DNA of 64,000 nt from Podarcis gaigeae. Lineage: Eukaryota. Below the pieces are notes generated by a model. The model had not been told where the DNA came from. It made no database searches and worked only from the letters and a program-made list of their open reading frames with translations. Every line of letters begins with the position of its first letter. The stretch's first letter is position 1. The DNA lies in NCBI GenBank assembly GCA_964106915.2, contig OZ066926.1; one strand, 5' to 3'. The position numbers were made by a program, and so were the translations under genes. Below are positions 25,642 through 39,865 of this stretch, one piece after another.

Positions 25642-28600
25642 TATAGGGTTGCACTGTAAAATATGGATTCCGTATTAGAGCCAGAGGAAGTGATAATGAA
25701 GTCTCATATGGTGAACTGAAGACTAGGAAAATGAGAAGCTCAGAGAAACTGAAACTGACAGATTCCCCCCTCATCACTACATAACTAACTTCACGGGGCA
25801 CAAAAGAATTTACTTCCAGTAAAGCATAAGTAAAATTTTTCCGTTAATCAATTTCCAACTGAAAAACAAAAGGTCTGAAAATGGGGGAGGAAGCATTGCT
25901 AAAACGACACATTAAAAACCCCACCAAGGGCTCATCTTTTGCAGCACTTTCTAGGCAGAGAGCCATGCCTTAAAGTGCCATGTCTGAGCACCATTTTTGC
26001 CTCAGAGTTTTGCCTGCGAACTCCTGCTCTTTGACGTTCAATCGGAACAAACATCAATTTGGGTTTTCAGTGGTAAAGAGCAGGTTTTCACGGGGAAAGC
26101 ACAAGGGCAAAAAGAAAATCGCTCGGACATGGCACTTTAAAGCGTATACCTGTGCCAAGAAACACAGTACAAAACAAAGTCTGTATGAGCCCTAAAGGTA
26201 AACAGAACACACTGCACCATTTAAAAAACATAAAAACGTTGTACTCCAGCTATGTTTGTTTTTTTCCTAAAAAGATGGCTCCACTACTGTTCGTCTCTAA
26301 ATGTGAACTGAGTTGGATTTCTCCCTCTGCTCTGAGTAAAACTTTATTGGAAGCAACACAGAATGTTGTGTAGATGGGAGGCTGCACAAAAATTTCATGC
26401 ATAAGCAACAGCACCAATCCCACACCAGTGGATACCCGCCTTCTTCTTCCAGACTATCTTTATTTTGGGGTAGAGACTTCAATCGCGTAACTGGCAAATT
26501 CAGGATGCGCAATCCAAGCTGATTTATGCTGCTTGTTGGGGGAAAAGAATAAACACTTCTCCAAAAGACTGGGCATTTGGATGGGGAAAATGAACTGGAA
26601 AGTGTGGGGTGACACTTGCTTTAATTCAAAGGCAGATAAGAGTGGGTGCTCATTAAATAGCCAACGCCGTCTAATTTGCCTGCAAACGCATCAGGACAAA
26701 CGCTTTACAAAACGGGTAATCTGGAAGCACCCTAACTCTCTGCTCTAGTAAGAGCGTGCAGGATTAGACTCCTTCAGTGCAGCGAGATACAGTACCTCTC
26801 TCTCCACTGAACAATAAATATTGTGATTGAGAGAGTTCTGTATTGTTGTTATAATGCAATTATTTTCAGTGTTACATTTCCGTGGTAATAGAAATGATGG
26901 ATGATCGAAAGATCCCGGTAGCAGAGAGAACAATCGGAATGTTTCAAATAGGTTTCCCCCCCACCCCCTCTTCCCAGACTCTCTGGCTACGTTTCGGGTT
27001 TTGTAGCTCTTCAATCTCTGCCTTTGGCTGGCAATCTCTGCTGTTCTTGCATGCTGATTTGTTCCTCTAAATAATGGAAGGCCCGTTCTAGTGAAGTGTT
27101 GCACCTGTGACTAATTCTGAGAAAGAGCATGCTACGTAAGTACTGTCAAGGCCTTGGACCACATTCAAGGAGAGCACCTCATTTCCCAAGAGTTTGCTAG
27201 TTGTAGAAAATATTTCTATATTTTATACAAATTTCTAGTTGTATAAAATATTATTGGCAGTAATATTTCAAAATTCACTAACTGAGCAACGGGTCAAATT
27301 ATTAGTGATTATAATGTTAATATAGGCCAGTATTCAATCAGGTTTCACTGAAGGGAGACCCACTGAAATGAATGGATCTAACTTGGCCATGTTTATTAAT
27401 TTCAGTGGGTCTACTCTGAGTAAGACTTAGTTGAATGGCATCCAAAATTGGCAACAATTGTTAAAAATGAAGCGGCAGCAGTGGCAAATGTTTTCTCTTC
27501 CTTCTGTCCTGGGATTGAGTTCCAGCTTTTATCCTGAAACCAGAGAGCCAGAACCCATCAAAAGCGGAGTCTCTGCTGAAATCCTATGCACAATTAACTT
27601 GGGAGCAAGCCCAGCTGAATATGGTGGGGCATACATCTGAGTAATCTTGCATACGCTTGCCCTGTAAATCTCCCTTCTCTCTGAAATCCATAAGTCTTTT
27701 AAAAAAAAATCACTTTGTCTGGACTGTGCCCAGAATTTGTGAGTTTTCATCAGTGGTTTGCTTTGGATAATCTTTAAAGTATAATAATGTGTTTTTGTAG
27801 GGCAGGATAACATTTGTGGTCCCTCCACCTTACAAATTTTTAGAAAGATTCATGAGGTTGAGCATGCTATAAAATATACAAAACAGGATCAGAAATATAC
27901 TCTGGAAGATTACCGGTAGTCATTTAGTTAAAAAACAGCAACCCTTCTTCCCCATCTGAAATGGATGGGTTTTAAATCCATGACAGATTATCCACTCGCT
28001 AAGCCTTTTAGGGAGAAGGGTTTTAAAAGAAAAACATACAAAATAAATCTCGAATCTACTGCCTACTGCTTTGCAATGCTGAGAAACTGAGAAAACACAG
28101 TTCCTTTTATTGTCGGGTGGTTAGGTAAAACTTGGCAGGAGACAGGAATAGCTGAAGACGGCAATCTGAAATATACCTTCTGAGAAACAAATCTCATGGA
28201 AATTCATGTGACGTTTACAGGTAAATATGTTTAGAGCTGGGGTGGAAATAACAACCTTTCCTGAATATGTATGTAAATAAGGAAGTCAGGCGGCAGACCA
28301 ATATGTCTGAAGGCTTGATTTCCTTTTATTAACTTTTGTAGGGAGGAGAAAACCCATGAACAACACAAACCCTCGCCACGGCTTTTTCGGCACTTAAGAG
28401 CATGATTTTGGTATCAACTGCACCCCTTACTGTCTAAAAGGCAAACAGAAATAAACACTGAAAATCAATTGCCATCCTCACACCTCAACTTTAAGTGTAA
28501 AAACACACACAAACAAGCAGACACAATGACTGACGATACAAGTTTCCTGTACTGTGGAGCAACAGATTTTCCATTGTTTATCTTCTACATACGCTGAATG

Positions 28601-29757
28601 AAATACATACAGTACAGTATAGAAGTTTACAGTTCTTGGGGCACAAAGAACATATATAATTCCACCTGCCACCAGGACCGTCTCTGTTCTCTCATACTTG
28701 TCCTTGGTCCTCGCAGCTTGAGGAGGATGGGGTTTATTCAATCAATTCCCCTTTGTAATCCGTTCTGCTTAGAGCATTATTCTCTCCTGCTGTACCAGTT
28801 TAAGAGGCACAGTTATTACCCTGGGATTGCTAAGCAGGCAAGAACATGCTGTTCCCATCCATAGGCCAAAAGAGCCACCAGCTACCATTCAAGCAAGAAC
28901 AGCAGCAAGGGAAGAGGAGCATGGCTAGATCTGGGTCTAAATGCTCACCAAGGCACTTTCCTTGGCCTTGGTTAAACTGGTCTCTCCCTTCTACCTTTCC
29001 CCTCCTCTCCGCTCCTCTTGTGTGACTGCCTTGTCTTTTGTCGGATGGCAGGACCAGGCTTTCATTTCCCCCTTTTCTTTTCAATTGATGTAAGCTGCTT
29101 CGGAAGATGACAATTGCCTGACAAGCCGGTTAAAAGAAAAATACAGTAAATAAATTAAACTGCCTGCTTTCTCAGCGTGTCTAGTGGTTGGAGGGAATGT
29201 GCTGAATTTGTACCTTAATACTCCAGCAGATCCTTCAAATACCCTCTCTAAGAACTTTGCCTGCATTTGCTAAACCTTGAAACGCTGCAGATACCGGTAG
29301 TGCTGGGAAGGGAAGCTATATTTACGATCCAAAGAAAAAGAATACAAATCTCACATGAGCAGGACATGAGCATTTCTAAGCTGTAGGAAAATGCATGATT
29401 TGAAGGTTTCCAAAACAGTTTACTAGCGAATGCTGGCTGCCAGGCACCATGGAAATATTATCATTTTGCCTTTCATTTTCAGCTCCACTAGGATATTCCA
29501 CCTAATATAATAAAAGTATATTTAATATTGGATGGGAATGTTGAAGTAAATCTTCAAATTCACCCCAAGAGCCCCTGAATTGTGTATACATCTCCTTAAC
29601 TCTTGCTTCATGATATTATTATTATTAGCAACAGAAAGGTCATTTCTAGAATTGTTCCTAGAACTGGAAGAATTTCTTAACTGCGGCATTTAGGCTGAAA
29701 TCTTGTAAACACTTGCTTGGGAATAAGTGCCACTGAACTTGGTAGGACTTACTCTAA

Positions 29758-29759
<2 letters not shown>

Positions 29760-29800
<41 letters not shown>
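29760..29800. repeat. (AT)n microsatellite
   Basis: Directly visible. Confidence 0.95.
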
Positions 29801-29803
<3 letters not shown>

Positions 29804-32800
29804 TAGGATTGCATTGGTAGTCTATCTGTCCTCTGTACCATTAAAAAAACACCAAGCCCACCTGATATCATACACACTATGTAAGTTGCTAAAGTGGAGT
29901 AGGAAATTTCACCCAGAATCGAATTGTACAAGTTATGAAGAAGAACCATTTCACAGCAATTCAATATCTGGTCAGCAAAGCAGTAATGTGGTGGTGTTTT
30001 AAAGCCATTTTAATTTAAATGAGGTGAAACTTTACAGTTTTAAAACATATTTTTTCCTCAGTGCATTTTCAACAAACACCATGTTAGTGAGGATCTAATG
30101 TCAGCAACAAGAAAACTTGCCTGCTCCAAGTTTGAATATGTTATGGCTGTGTAATGGATTTTCACCAAATTGTTAATGTACCGTAATCAAACTGAGTACA
30201 GATAGGTTAGATGAGATTCTTCTCCTCACCCTCAAAAATCGCAATGATTTCAAAACAAATTCTCTCCAAAGGCGCACAAAATGTATAGCGGAAGCTACTG
30301 CATATATAAGTTGCAACCCCTGCATAACATGTAACGACAAATATTTTTGTGTGTATTGAAGCAATATAGAATCCATTACACCGAAATTGGCTAGCTAACA
30401 TCAACATAAAGCTGCCATAGCCAGAGCAATCGCTCATGCTAGCTGACTACTCAGCCCAGCTCCTGTTCATTTTGTGAGCTGCGGTGAATGTAATAAACTA
30501 ACAAAACATTAAACGGAAGGTCATAATAATTTCAACATGTCACTTGGGACAACTCAATATTTCCCCGGGATTTCAGGAAGACGGAGGGACAAGAGATGGG
30601 ATATTTGCAAGTTTTGAGATTCAAACACTTGGGAGAACTCCCCCCCCCCAAAAAAAAATACATTTCAGGAAACCTTAAAAAGCTCTCCTGGTTCTCCACA
30701 AAACTGTCACTGAGCCCAGGCATATAAACAACTAATGAGCCGCTAGCTACAACACCAGTCACATCTCCCGGCATCTATTACACATTTTATTACCAAAGGT
30801 CTGCTGTAACTATGGATAGATTTAGCGATTTAAGCTCCGGCACATTAGCTGTCTCGATCGCTTGGCTAATCTCTGACTAATTTTCCTTGCCTGCGTCAGC
30901 TGAGATATTACGGCTTCATTTGGATAATGCTGCAATATAAACACTGCAGGCTTCTGGTGCCACACATCTCGATCTCCAATAACCGTGTCCGCATTCTGTT
31001 GCATTTGGTAGCTGGGGTATTATCTACTGTACCTCCCATTATTCCACAAAACATCAGTAAGGCTGATATAATGCAGATAACATATCCACGCGAATGCTGC
31101 AGACTTTGCTGCCTTAAATATTTCTCTGATCGCATTTTTCGGGTTTGGCTGCGCATGCTGCTTGCGCTAGGATTTATCATGCATTAGGGAAAAGAATGCA
31201 GGGGGGGGGAACCCCTCAATTTGATACAATAACATAGTGACACAATACAGCGATGATAGCAAACCAACCTTTTTACCCCCCCGATTGCTTGTGTCTGGAG
31301 ACCGCGTCCACCACTCTTCTCCACCGAGGTTCCTGGAATCTGATATCAGCTGGGCTGGAGTTTCTTAAAAATGAAACCTTCTTTGCTGGGAGTTTATGAG
31401 GAAGTTTGGCGAGTTTTACAAGCCCTTGGGTAAATGGCAGACGGTCGCCCCATGGAGTCAGATCGGATCCACTGATGGGGAAGGGGAAATAGAGCCTCCA
31501 ATGATCTGTTGAAGCATTAATGAGCTATGCAAGCCTGGATGTTCAGGTTTCTCACCCAGGCCTGGAACCATGAGCCACTGGTGGTGAAAGAGCTTTCCAG
31601 AACTCTGGGGCTTTGATCTGTGGTTGCTACATTCCCTGATGGAACTGGACTGAGTGAGTGGGCTTCTGACAGTGATAAACAGTGTGTCAAGGGGGGGGAA
31701 CGCCCCGAGAAGACAGATCCCCAAACACATGCGGACAGGTGGGCAGATGGCATAGAAGAGAGAGAGAGAGAATGAGAAAGGGGAGCATAAGGCAAATGGA
31801 TCCATGCATTGCCACGAACCGTGAAATAAACCCAGGTTGGAGACATGTGAAAAAGTTGAGAGACAAAGAGAGTTATGCTCTCTTTCTCAGACAAACACAT
31901 GACGGGATATGCACTGGTTGGAAATGAAGCCGTGTGGACACTCCAAACCTTTGGCAGGCACAAACAGTATCAAAAGCAGGATCGTATACGACCATCCCGA
32001 TAGATCATGAGCGCAAACATCACAAATGTGTAATTAAAAAGGTCACCTGGGAGGGGCCTGATGGCTATGAGATGATGGCTATGGGAAGGGGGCATGGTGT
32101 AGCAACTCATCCAGCTTTTGATGGAGAATATGACTTTCCGCTCCCATCTCGCATGTCAGGAAAGAGAAACTGCATAAAATGAGGGGTTGCAGGGAGGAAG
32201 AGAGATGGCAATACTGTGCTGGCTCACCTGGGACAACGGGAACGAGGCCCGTTGAATTACTGCTGAATTACTGAATTACTGGGAACTACTGCTAAAGAAA
32301 CATGCACAGGTTTGTGCTGTTGCATAGTTGCTAAGGATGTAAGAAGGAACCTTTTTCGTTCCACCCTGTTTTTGCCACATTCAGCACTGTTTCTCTGCCA
32401 CAGCCATTTGCCTTCTACCCAAAACTACATTGCCTCACTCTCCGCTGCAGTGGAATTATTTGAAGTCCGGTTTTTATTAATTTGAGGTGTGTAAATCCAA
32501 ATGACCATGTGCCATTTCAGAGGACGAGTGTACAGAGTAATGGGGTGGAGCTTCAAATTAGAAAAGGCACCGCCTTCAATCTGAAACTCCACCCCATCCT
32601 ACATTTCCCTTCTCTGGCAAGGTACCTACCAACAGCCTCCAGGGTCATCTGGACTTACCTATATAAAATCATTTTTTAAAAAATCAAATTCATTATCTAA
32701 ATGTACCCAGTGTTGCATAATCATAATAGGGTAAATCAGTATTTGGAACACAATGGTGGCAACTAAATAATTGCCTGTGGAGTTAATGAATTACCAAATA

Positions 32801-33783
32801 TAAAACCCATTTTTTTAATGGGAACATTTACTTTCTAAGTAAGAAATGAGAGCAATTGCAATCTCTTAAATATTTTTCACACCGTTCAAGGGTACCATTG
32901 GTCTGAAATCTCAAAATAAATAAATAAAATGCAGTAGAGTCCAATATGAAGCTACATGAAAGCAAAACCAAAATATAGCACAAGTGAGAAAGACACACTT
33001 GCAAGCTTCAGTCAGCAGAATAATTGAGGTCTGAAACACAGTTTCAATCCCCCACTGCTCCAGCACTGATTAAAAAAACAGGACTGTCATAAATAGCTGT
33101 CGCAGCAGTCCATACAGAGACACACCAGTTCCATCCACCTATGCCCAATATGCTGAAAAAAGAAACCTGAAGCCCCGATCCCATGCATGTCCCTCTATAA
33201 CAGCCTTTGCTGATCTGCTCTCCTGATGTTTTGGACTACAACTTCCATCAGCCCCAAGCAGCATGGCTGTGCTGGCTGACGCTGATTAGAGCTATAGTCT
33301 AAAACACATAGAGGGCACAGGCTGGTGCATCCCGTTTTGTTGCTTGAAGTGAAACCAGAAGGTACCATCACTCTGCTGATGCCACTGCTGTGTTGTGTGG
33401 CCTTGCCCTTGAAGCGGCAGTGGCAGTTTCTGGAGAGATCTCGCGGAAACTGCTACCGTTGCCGCTTCTCTGGCAGTGGTGGTGGTGGTGGTGGCGGCGG
33501 CAGGGCAGGTGGAGCCTCACTCCGCCTCATGAACAGGCCAGCCCTGGGTTGGCGAATGCTGCTCTAAAATATTTATCACTGACTTCAGTGGGATTTACTC
33601 AAATTAGGGTGCAGAGGATTACATTCATCCCTCAGATTCTACCTGACATTTAGAAGACATCTGAAGGCAGCCCTGTTTAGGGAAGTTTTTAATGTTTGAA
33701 GCTTTATTCTGTTTAATATTCTGTTGGGAGCTGCCCAGAGTGGCTGGGGAAACCCGGCCAGATGGGTGGGCTATAAATAATAA

Positions 33784-33820
<37 letters not shown>

Positions 33821-35535
33821 GAGGTTTTCCTTCCATTTTGTATCCAAAGCAGATAGTTGTCATCAGGGATGCCTGAGGAATTATTGTACTGTACCTCCCA
33901 AGCTTTAATGAGTGGATCAGAAAATAGATATCCTTTGGATTTCCCACTTTCCCAAAGTTTATATTTGATTAAATATATGCGGAGTTTGCGAGAAAATCTA
34001 TTTTGCAACATACATTTTCTGAGAAAACCTATTCAAGGATACAAATTTAGATTCATATTTAAATTGGGATTTTCATGCATCTTTTAAAAAATTCCAGATT
34101 AATGTGGAAATAACATGAAACGGATTTATGAATGAAAAGAGACACAGGTAGCACGGAACAAATATATTCAGAGATTTCAATCCCTAGTTGTCATATCCGA
34201 GAGAAATTGGTCCGGCTTTCCTTCTAGCAGCCAGCTTTCCTTCTAGCAACCACAGCAACAGGCAAGTGAAGTGGATAATTTCTGGCCAAGGTCAGTGCTG
34301 GAATACCTTGCTCTTCCATTTAGCAAGAATGTAGAAACCTGTCGCCATCCAGATTCTGTCGGACTCCAACTCCCAGCAGCCCCAGCCAGCATGGCCAGTG
34401 GTCAGGGATGAAGGGAGTTGTAGTCCAACGTCTGGAGGGCCACATACAATGCCTGTTCCAAAACATGACTTTATAATTGTTCTTTTTTGTTAAAAAGACT
34501 TGTATGAATTTCCTGTCAGCCTCCTTGACTACAGTATTTTTCAGCTGAAAGACAGGGTGTAAGTTATCTTAAATAAACAACACCTGCGGGGGTTTCACTT
34601 GTTCGTTTTAAATCCAGTTTGCCTTTTTTTATCTGACAATAATAGGGAAGATTAATCTTAAAGACTCCCAAAGCGAAATTTCCTTCCATCAAGTGGGAAT
34701 GAGGGAGAAATGCTATTCAATTTCCATTTAAAGGTGAACTTACCTAATTCTCATGTTCCAAAACAATTCATGAACTGAAACAGCATCCTTCAACATTTAA
34801 ACGCCTCCGGATTTTGCAACGCGGTTCTCCAGCCTACCCTAGGGCAAAGTGTGAAGATAAATACATATAAGTGAAAATAACATATACATATAAGTGAAAA
34901 TAACATAGAAAAATGCTTTGCAATAATGTGCATATTAGGAGAAAAGCTTGTGAATTTTCACAAAGAGTATGTGTGTGTGTGATATGAGAATGTGGAGAAC
35001 TAAATTTATTGTTGGAAAAATGAAAACCTGAAACTGACATTTTCCCACATTCCTAATACCAAGTGTCACTTTTGCTTATTAAATTGCTTACTAAAGTTAT
35101 TAAACCCATCTTTTCAAATCCTTAAAAAAATCCTTAAAAAAGAAACTATATTGAGATGTTGGTAATACCCGTTTAATTATTTGGTTTCATTCAGTAAATT
35201 TAAAATTAAATAATCGGTTAAACATATCTAAGCACCTGATAGCACAAGATAATACTTTATAGCGGAGAAAGTAAATTTGCAACCAGAAAAAAGCAGGAAT
35301 TAAAAAAAACACCACCTGAATAACAATGCAATATTAATCCTAAATGCACAAGAGAATAAGTCCCATAGGGGGAGGGGCTTATTTCAAAGAAAACATGTAT
35401 AGGATTCTGCTGAAACATACTATCAATTAAATAGCTGTCAGATCAATTAAAACTAAACTAGAAAGGGAGAGCGAAATGGCACAGAGGCCTTTGCAAATAC
35501 TAGAAAAACTCACAAATAAAATGCTAATGATTAAT

Positions 35536-35681
35536 CAGTGCTTTTTTTCTGGGGGGACTCAGAGGTACGCATACCCCTAAACACTTTGTGAATCTACGTT
35601 TGGCCTTATTGAGGGGCAGTATTTCAAAATGAGTAGGAAAATGAGAGTACCCCTAAAGATTTTTTTAGAAAAAAAGCACTG
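35536..35681. mobile_element. hAT-type MITE
   Basis: TIRs CAGTGCTTTTTTTCT...AGAAAAAAAGCACTG; 8-bp TSD TGATTAAT/CGATTAAT. Confidence 0.8.
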
Positions 35682-37628
35682 CGATTAATAATTAGGTTTG
35701 GGCCCAAGAAGCTATGTAAGTTGTGCTTCTAATATTAATGCATAATTTGGGTTAATGGATTCAGTAGAAATAAATCCCAACATACAATGATCTTCAGATG
35801 TTTTCATGCCTGCAATGTACAATTTAAGATCAAATTCTAAAACTATGCCCTGGAGCCAAGTACAGTAATCTAGACTCACTGCATCGGGGTCGCCAACTTT
35901 CCAGCCGGCCTCTGCAGCTGTGCTTTTCACACAGTTGGTAAAGTTTATCCTGATGCTGAGAAAAAAGCTTCTTCTGCTGATTTCTGCAAATCAAACTGGC
36001 GTCAAGGGCGCAGGAGCAGGCCAGGCTGCTTCCCCCTCCATCAGTTGGCAACCCTGCTCACAGGGTTTTTTCTTGCTATTGCAGCCTGAGAGGTTTCCCC
36101 AGTTCCCAGATTGCTGCAGAAGCCCCCTTTCCTTACCCACCCTCACTACCCGTCCGATGGGCTCCTTTCGCCGCCCCCCTCAGCTGTCCCAAAGTCTTGA
36201 AAGTGAAATTGCTTGCTTGCCATTAATCTCCCTGTTGTTTTTACGAGGCTCTCCCGCCTCTCCTCCCCCGGGGTGCCCGTTAAGGATCAAAGGTTAATTA
36301 ATGCAGAGCAGACCGTGACCGCAGTTATTCTGACCCCACAAGGCCAGGTGGTCCCAGAGCCCCGATATACAAGATGCGATGAAAGGGTGACACGGCCCAG
36401 GAATTTACAAGATGATGAGGCGTGGCGGGTTGGGTTGGGCAAAGTGAAGAGAGAGGAGACCTTTGGGGAACTGACCTCCTCAGGGTCAGCTGGGAATGGG
36501 GGGGTGGGATGAGGGGGGAGCATTATAATAAGGGGGCAGTCCGACACACATTTTGAACCAGGCCCATTTTAAATGCTAAACTATGGATTGGCGCTATGGG
36601 GATGAGCCTCAGGCTGCGTACACACGATATCCTCGAAGCACATTTGAAACACATTCCCCACCCCTTCAAAGAATTCTGGGCCCTGTAGGTTATTAAGGGT
36701 TTCTGGGAATTGTAACTGTGAAGGGTAAACTACAAGTTCCAGAATTCCTTGATAACAACACTTTGGAGGTCCCGAGCCTCAAGGAATTCAGATTGGTTTC
36801 AACTAGGGCCAGGGCCTTTTCAGCCCCTGGCCCCGACGTGGTGGAACACTCTGTCACAAGAGATTAGGGCCCTGCGGAACTTGACATCTTTCCACAGGGC
36901 CTGCAAGACAGAGCTGTTCTGCCTGGCCTTTGGTTTGGACTCGGTCTGACCCTTATGTTTCCCTCCCTTTATGGTCTTGATTTATCAGCTATTTTAAAAT
37001 GAGGCTGCATTTTAAATTGCATTTTAACCTGTATTTTAAATTGGGTTTTTTCCCCTTTCTTTTTCTCTCCCCGCTTTCACCCCCATTGTGTTTTTACTGT
37101 GATTTTATTGGTGTTAGCCGCCCTGAGCCCGCCTCTGGCCGGGGAGGGCGGGGTATAAATAAATTATTATTATTATTATTAAGGGGAAAAGAATGTGCTC
37201 CGAAGGTTCTTTAAAGGTATAAGTGTGTACACAGCCTCAGGCAAGCTCCTTCCTCTCCTCCCCTTATGGGTTATGATTCCTTCCCTACTCCCCCAGTTTA
37301 AATAATCATTTACCATCACCGATCACTATCGGTGGGAAAACTGGTGTTGGCACTCGCCCTGTAAGCCAGGACTGCAAGCCGGGATACTGTACAAACTTAG
37401 CTTACAATTCAGACTTTTTAGCAGCCTTGGCAAGGGTTTTGAAGAGTGTTTGCTGCTCATGATGCCTTTTGCTCTGAGGAAGAAGGGCAAGATAGCTCCC
37501 AGAATGCTGGGAGTGGTTGCGTTTGCTACGGAGGCATTGGCAAAAACTATTTTAAATGGTAAACTGGCAGGTCTTATGCAGAGAATGGGGAAGAGTGGAC
37601 AAGGTGTGATGGGGAGCAGGAAGGCGGT

Positions 37629-37879
37629 TGTTAAGTTGTGGATGAACATATCAGACGACACAGCATTTCTTCAAACAGCTCTTGTTTATCCACAGGCCAG
37701 AATAGAACTGAACTGAAGGGTTCAGCCAGCCTGCTTATATAGAGCTCCACTAGAACGCAACAGTAACCATTTTCTGTAACTATCCAATCACTGAACGTCA
37801 CTTTCGATCCCTTATTTGCATATGTGGACCTGAACTATCTACAGTATCCCCCTGCTGGCCCAGGGTGAGAACTTCAACA
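37629..37879 (-). mobile_element. Solo LTR (251 bp)
   Basis: TGTT...AACA termini, perfect 5-bp TSD GCGGT (37624-37628, 37880-37884); on the minus strand, octamer, CCAAT box, TATA box and a GATAAA poly(A)-signal variant lie in LTR order. Confidence 0.8.
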
Positions 37880-39563
37880 GCGGTGGTCCCAGACAGACCA
37901 ATGAAAGCAGCTTCCCATGACCCACAAGTGGAGATGGGGCTTAATATACAGGCGGCAACCATTTTGGGTGCATTCAATTGACGTACAACCACCAACACGT
38001 GTCCCTTTTGGACCCAGAAGAGGGCAGCATGGGGGTGTAACAGGGGCAGAACGTAACGGGGCTGGGCGGGCTGAGCTTATGCACACTACCAAGGTGCGCA
38101 GGGGCCAGGAATGGAACCTGGCGCAAAATGGTTATCGTCTGTATTAAAACTGCAGTCAAATGTGCAAATGTGTGTGCACATGCTAACCACTATTTCACAC
38201 TAGCTCCCAATATGCCTGGCAGTCATCTGCAGGATTATCTAACAGTGATTTCATAGATTCTGCATTTTATTTTATTTTAATCTTCCTGCTGTTGTTTTTT
38301 TAAAAAAATGTTTTTAATTTTATTTCATTATGAAAAAATGCTATTGGGGGGCAGAGAAAGTGATTGTGGCAAACCCACTGGCCATGGTACCCCTGAATGA
38401 GTAAGTTGAATGAACTCCTTCATGAAAAACAATGAACAGGTAGACAATCACAATTGGCTTTGTTTTCAATTTTTTTTAAAAAAAACCCTGCATAATATTA
38501 TGCTGAATCCAACAGAAACCGCTCTTCCAAATTTACTGAATTACTCTTTGCCCCCTCAGAAAAGAGATGCTGATTGCATCAGCTGTTTATTTGCAGTAAC
38601 AGCATAGATCAAGTGAGTTTAATATACATTATTTACATGTGCTCCATGATTGCTTCTTTTTCTGGGCAGAGGTTACGGACCATATTAATTTGGTATCAAG
38701 TACTCGCTTTAAGCTTTAATTATACCCATTTAATTGTGAAATATATTCCAGTGTTGTGAGAGTCGACTGATGGACAACGTAAGTGGTTTCTGAGAGCCCT
38801 CACAACCGCGAAGAGACTGATCCTAGAACACTGGAAAGACAAATCCTCACCAACAGATGGGCAACAAACTGAGGACCTGACTATATATGGCCTGTATTTG
38901 AGGGTGCAGCATATCAGAGACAGTTGCCAATAAAATAATACAAGTATGTGTGGCCTACAATGAGATATATTGGCCTTCTGTGCTAGTCGTTGTACCATTG
39001 TGAATATCTGCATCTCAGGAGCTGCATATGCACTATATGTTTAAAGCATATTTAAAGTACCTCTACTCCCATAGAATCCTGGTGACTGTAGTTTCTTACA
39101 AGTGCTGGGTATGGTGGCTCTGTGAGGGATAAACCACAGCTTCCAGAATTATTTTGTGGTGTGTGTGCTTTAGGTGTGTTTTCAATGTACGGTTTGTATG
39201 CCACCTGTGTTTGAAGTATCAATGGTAACTGGGAAATGGATATAAAGCCCCATTCCTCCCCCCCCCCCCCGTGCCTTCTCCCCTCTCTTTTCCCTGGGTC
39301 CTATTTGGCCAAAGAGGGGGGGGGGGATGAGGAAAAGTATTCACAACAGAGAGAACTGGTGGCTGAGTTTGTTTTTCCTCCTCCTTCCTAATCCCTTTTT
39401 CCTTTTGTGTCAGGTCTTTCATATTGTAAATCCGTAGGAAAGGCCTGGCTTATTACTGATCTTTGTAAGATGCTTTTTCAGCTGAAGAGCAGGGTAGGAA
39501 TGCTTTGAATAAATAAATTTCAACCGTGATTATTATTACATTGGTTGAGAACATGTGGGCTTT

Positions 39564-39587
39564 GTGATGTCATAGCTATGACATCAC
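39564..39587. promoter_or_regulatory. Perfect 24-bp palindrome with two CRE-like sites upstream of the IZUMO1 ATG
   Basis: GTGATGTCATAGCTATGACATCAC = inverted TGACATCA octamers; palindrome seen directly, function inferred. Confidence 0.55.
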
Positions 39588-39633
39588 CTCAACGCAGGCC
39601 AAGGCTCCTTTCAGGCAACCACAGCAAAGGGTG

Positions 39634-39865
39634 ATGCCTTGGCTGGTGTTTTGGCTAATAGCCCAGGACATTGCAGGATCCCATGGATGCCTGAAATGCA
39701 ATGCAGGTGCCATGGCAGTTGTGAAGGAATTCAAAGATATCTACCTGGACAAGCATCTCTTCTGGAACCCACAGCTCAAAACAAAACTGAAGGCAGACTT
39801 GGATAATTTCTTAGAAGAGCTCCCTCATCAGAAAATCGATGAAAAAAAATACATGGCTGTTATTG
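39634..39865 (+). CDS. IZUMO1: IZUMO1 coding exon 1 (signal peptide, Izumo domain CxxC, helices 1-2)
   Basis: MPWLVFWLIAQDIAGSHG-CLKC...DIYLDKHL...DEKKYMAVI corresponds to human CVIC..KDYLPGHL..NEDAYMGVV; donor G|GTATG. Confidence 0.88.
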
